Shown here: in pieces, positions 14,821 to 17,139 of the stretch | Numbering within the stretch: position 1 is the first letter of the stretch | Layout: each line of letters begins with the position of its first letter | Assembly (NCBI GenBank): GCA_964247135.1 | Contig: CAXTTL010000094.1 | Location: 1-17,139 of the forward strand | Reading direction: 5' to 3' | Length of the DNA: 17,139 nt | DNA from: an uncultured Deinococcales bacterium | GTDB lineage: Bacteria > Deinococcota > Deinococci > Deinococcales > JAAFIG01 | The notes under the pieces: generated by a model | What the model was told of the DNA's origin: nothing | What the model saw: only the letters and a program-made list of their open reading frames with translations | Database searches by the model: none | Position numbers and translations under genes: made by a program

Positions 14821-15696
14821 TTACAATCCCAAAGTCTTTTTGGTTAACTCTACAATCTGATCCATCGTGTCAGCCACAGGCACATTCGCTTTCGCCATCG
14901 CCTCGAGCTTGCTCTCGGCTGTGCCCACGTTGCCCATGATGAGCGCTCCCGCGTGACCCATGCGTTTGCCTTTTGGTGCGGTGCGTCCCGAAATAAACGC
15001 GATCACGGGTTTTTTCATGTGTTTGCTGATCCATTCGGCTGCCATTTCTTCGTCCGCACCACCAATTTCACCGATCATGACCACGGCATCGGTGTCTGGG
15101 TCTTCGTTGAACATTGGCAAAAGATCAATGAATGTCGTGCCAATAATCGGGTCGCCACCGATGCCGACCACGGTGCTGCATCCAATGCCTGCGGCGGCAA
15201 GCATCGCGCTGGCTTCGTAGGTCAGCGTTCCCGACCTCGAGATCATGCCGACACGTCCTGCTTTAAAGGTGCTGGCTGGCATGATGCCGAGCTTGCACTC
15301 GCCTGGGGTAATCAAACCTGGGCAGTTGCCGCCAATCAAGCGAACGCCTGGGAGTTCTTTGATTTCTTTGACCACGCGCATCATGTCCAGAACGGGCATC
15401 CCCTCGGCAATGTTGATGATGAGCGGAATTCCAGCGTGTGCCGCCTCGAGCGTTGCATCTGGCGCGGCTGCGGGTGGAACAAAAATAATGCTCGCATCAA
15501 TGTCGTGCTTGGCTCGAGCTTCGGTCACAGAGTTGTAAACAGGAATGCCTTGCACGACCTGCCCGCCCTTGCCTGGGGTGCTGCCTGCGACAATTTTCGT
15601 ACCGTACTCGAGCATTTTTTCGGTGTGAAACGCCCCTTCGCGCCCCGTGATGCCTTGCACGAGAACTCGAGTTTCTTTGTTCACGAGGATGCTCAT
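14821..15696 (-). CDS. sucD: Succinyl-CoA synthetase alpha subunit
   Basis: [45 protein letters not shown] (phospho-His); ATGA overlap with sucC. Confidence 0.98.
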   Translation of the reverse strand: MSILVNKETRVLVQGITGREGAFHTEKMLEYGTKIVAGSTPGKGGQVVQGIPVYNSVTEARAKHDIDASIIFVPPAAAPDATLEAAHAGIPLIINIAEGMPVLDMMRVVKEIKELPGVRLIGGNCPGLITPGECKLGIMPASTFKAGRVGMISRSGTLTYEASAMLAAAGIGCSTVVGIGGDPIIGTTFIDLLPMFNEDPDTDAVVMIGEIGGADEEMAAEWISKHMKKPVIAFISGRTAPKGKRMGHAGALIMGNVGTAESKLEAMAKANVPVADTMDQIVELTKKTLGL

Positions 15697-16838
15697 GCGT
15701 TGCCTCCTGCTGCGTTGACTTCATTGACCAGCGAAGTCGCGGCTTCCATCATGGTTGGGTAAATGTTAATTGGTTTGCCCTCAAGCAACACGTGGGCTTC
15801 TTCGACCGCTGTACCCGCAACGCGCATGGCGACGGGTTTGGTCAGGATGCCTTCCTCGAGACAACGGATGACGCCTTTGGCAACCTCGTCGGCGCGGGTG
15901 ATGCCACCGAAAATGTTGATTAAAACGCCCTTCACGTCTGGGTCTTTGAGCACCAACTTCACAGCGTTGTAAACAATATCGGCTTTTGCACCGCCGCCAA
16001 TGTCCAAGAAATTCGCGGCTTTGCCACCGACTCGAGCGACCACGTCGAGGCTGGTCATGACCAAACCCGCGCCGTTGCCGATCACACCGATGTAACCGTC
16101 CAATTTCACGTAAGCAAAACCGAACGCGCTGGCTTCAACCTCGAGCGGATGTTCAGCCTCGAGTTCACGGTACGCCATTAACTCTGGGTGACGGCTGAGG
16201 GCGTTGTCGTCGAGGTCGATTTTGGCGTCAGCAGCGATGATATCGCCAGCCGTTGTGACCACGAGCGGGTTGATTTCAGCCAATGAAGCATCGACACCCG
16301 CGCAGGTGTTCCACAAACCGACCATCATGCTGGCAATTTTGTTGATGTTGCCCTCGAGTCCCGCTTTCAGTGCCACCTCTCGAGCTTCAAACGGACGCAA
16401 ACCCTTGATCGGGTCAATGGCAAACCGCGTGATGGCGTCGGGGTTGTTCGCAGCGACCTCTTCGATGTCCACGCCACCCTCTTTGGACACCATCAGGGTG
16501 TAAGATTGCACGTTGCGATCCACGATCAGACCGCAGTAATACTCTTTGGCAATGTCCACGGCTTCGGCAACCAGCACCTTCTTGACCGTCAAGCCTTTAA
16601 TGTCCATGCCCAGAATGTCCGAGGCGCGATCAAACGCTTCATTCGCGTCCTTGGCAAGCTTGACGCCGCCCGCCTTGCCGCGACCACCGACATGCACTTG
16701 GGCTTTGATGACCGTCATCTTGCCAACGCTGACCGCAATTGCTTTTGCCTCTTCGGGCGTGAACGCGACCTTGCCCGCAGGCACAGGCACGCCAAAACGC
16801 GCCAGCAATTCTTTCGCTTGATACTCGTGAAGTTTCAC
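15693..16838 (-). CDS. sucC: Succinyl-CoA synthetase beta subunit
   Basis: [57 protein letters not shown] before the GTG start. Confidence 0.98.
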   Translation of the reverse strand: MKLHEYQAKELLARFGVPVPAGKVAFTPEEAKAIAVSVGKMTVIKAQVHVGGRGKAGGVKLAKDANEAFDRASDILGMDIKGLTVKKVLVAEAVDIAKEYYCGLIVDRNVQSYTLMVSKEGGVDIEEVAANNPDAITRFAIDPIKGLRPFEAREVALKAGLEGNINKIASMMVGLWNTCAGVDASLAEINPLVVTTAGDIIAADAKIDLDDNALSRHPELMAYRELEAEHPLEVEASAFGFAYVKLDGYIGVIGNGAGLVMTSLDVVARVGGKAANFLDIGGGAKADIVYNAVKLVLKDPDVKGVLINIFGGITRADEVAKGVIRCLEEGILTKPVAMRVAGTAVEEAHVLLEGKPINIYPTMMEAATSLVNEVNAAGGNA

Positions 16839-16912
16839 GTATCCTCCTTACGCTCGAGCATCCCTCGAACGACCTTGCTGCCAGGGTTTGAAGCCCGAGC
16901 ACAAACTTTCAA

Positions 16913-16918
16913 AGTATA
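16913..16918 (-). promoter_or_regulatory. Putative -10 (TATACT) for sucCD
   Basis: Near-consensus -10 about 75 nt upstream of the sucC start; no clear -35. Confidence 0.4.
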
Positions 16919-17139
16919 CGCTCGAGATTGGGACTGTGCGAGTTGTGCCTAAAGGGGTGACATGATTTGAGCGACAGTATGTGAAGACTTGAGAAAATAT
17001 TTAAACGTAACAACCTTAATAAGAATTAAAACTTGACGAGAGAGCTGTGGTAGATGCAAAATGAGCTAGAAGGTGTTTGAATTGGTTTAGGACGCACTTT
17101 CAGCCAATCGAACCAACATCAACCTCATCATCGCCGCAT

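Larger units (their letters stand above)
13..16926. repeat. Dispersed, highly iterated palindrome CTCGAG (about 118 copies)
   Basis: Hand count of about 118 exact sites from position 13 to 16921, in coding and intergenic DNA. Confidence 0.97.

Noticed and set aside
13-16926. CTCGAG copies as a CRISPR array, tandem repeat or cloning scars
   Set aside because: Spacing is irregular, the unit is only 6 bp, and the sites keep reading frames and conserved residues intact in all three frames.
16994-17010. RDRM-like half-site TTTAAACGTAA in the AT-rich region upstream of sucC
   Set aside because: Only the right half matches, with no dyad symmetry; the downstream gene is outside the window.

Overview
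Bacterial chromosomal window, most likely Deinococcota. This is inferred from Thermus/Deinococcus-like SucC/SucD/FabI sequences and repeated TAnnnT-N5-7-start (leaderless) promoters. It has about 17 densely packed CDS: a partial GT2 glycosyltransferase, DUF1003, hemolysin-III/PAQR, a DUF433 + PIN(DUF5615-like) toxin-antitoxin pair, a 1040-aa Ser/Thr kinase, fabI, a small outer-membrane beta-barrel, a renalase-like oxidoreductase, an alpha/beta hydrolase, a GC-richer PHP / PIG-L / DAGK / PAP2 / GNAT cluster, an AT-rich orphan, and sucCD. Two signals stand out. (1) The palindrome CTCGAG occurs about 118 times by hand count (about 1 per 145 bp, versus about 5 expected in total). It is found in all three reading frames and intergenically, and pairs of sites form terminator stems, like a HIP1/DUS-type genome mark. 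(2) The kinase carries exactly 7 'CPxC' first-half zinc knuckles followed by exactly 7 'CxxC-x-[SAT]-[ET]-[WFL]' second-half knuckles, suggesting a nested (Russian-doll) zinc-ribbon rod ending in a PH-like domain. Also noted: a near-consensus promoter driving a candidate hairpin sRNA/small ORF antisense to the GNAT gene, and 11-bp-periodic operator-like repeats in the divergent PHP/PIG-L promoter region. All counts and coordinates were done by eye; no searches were run.
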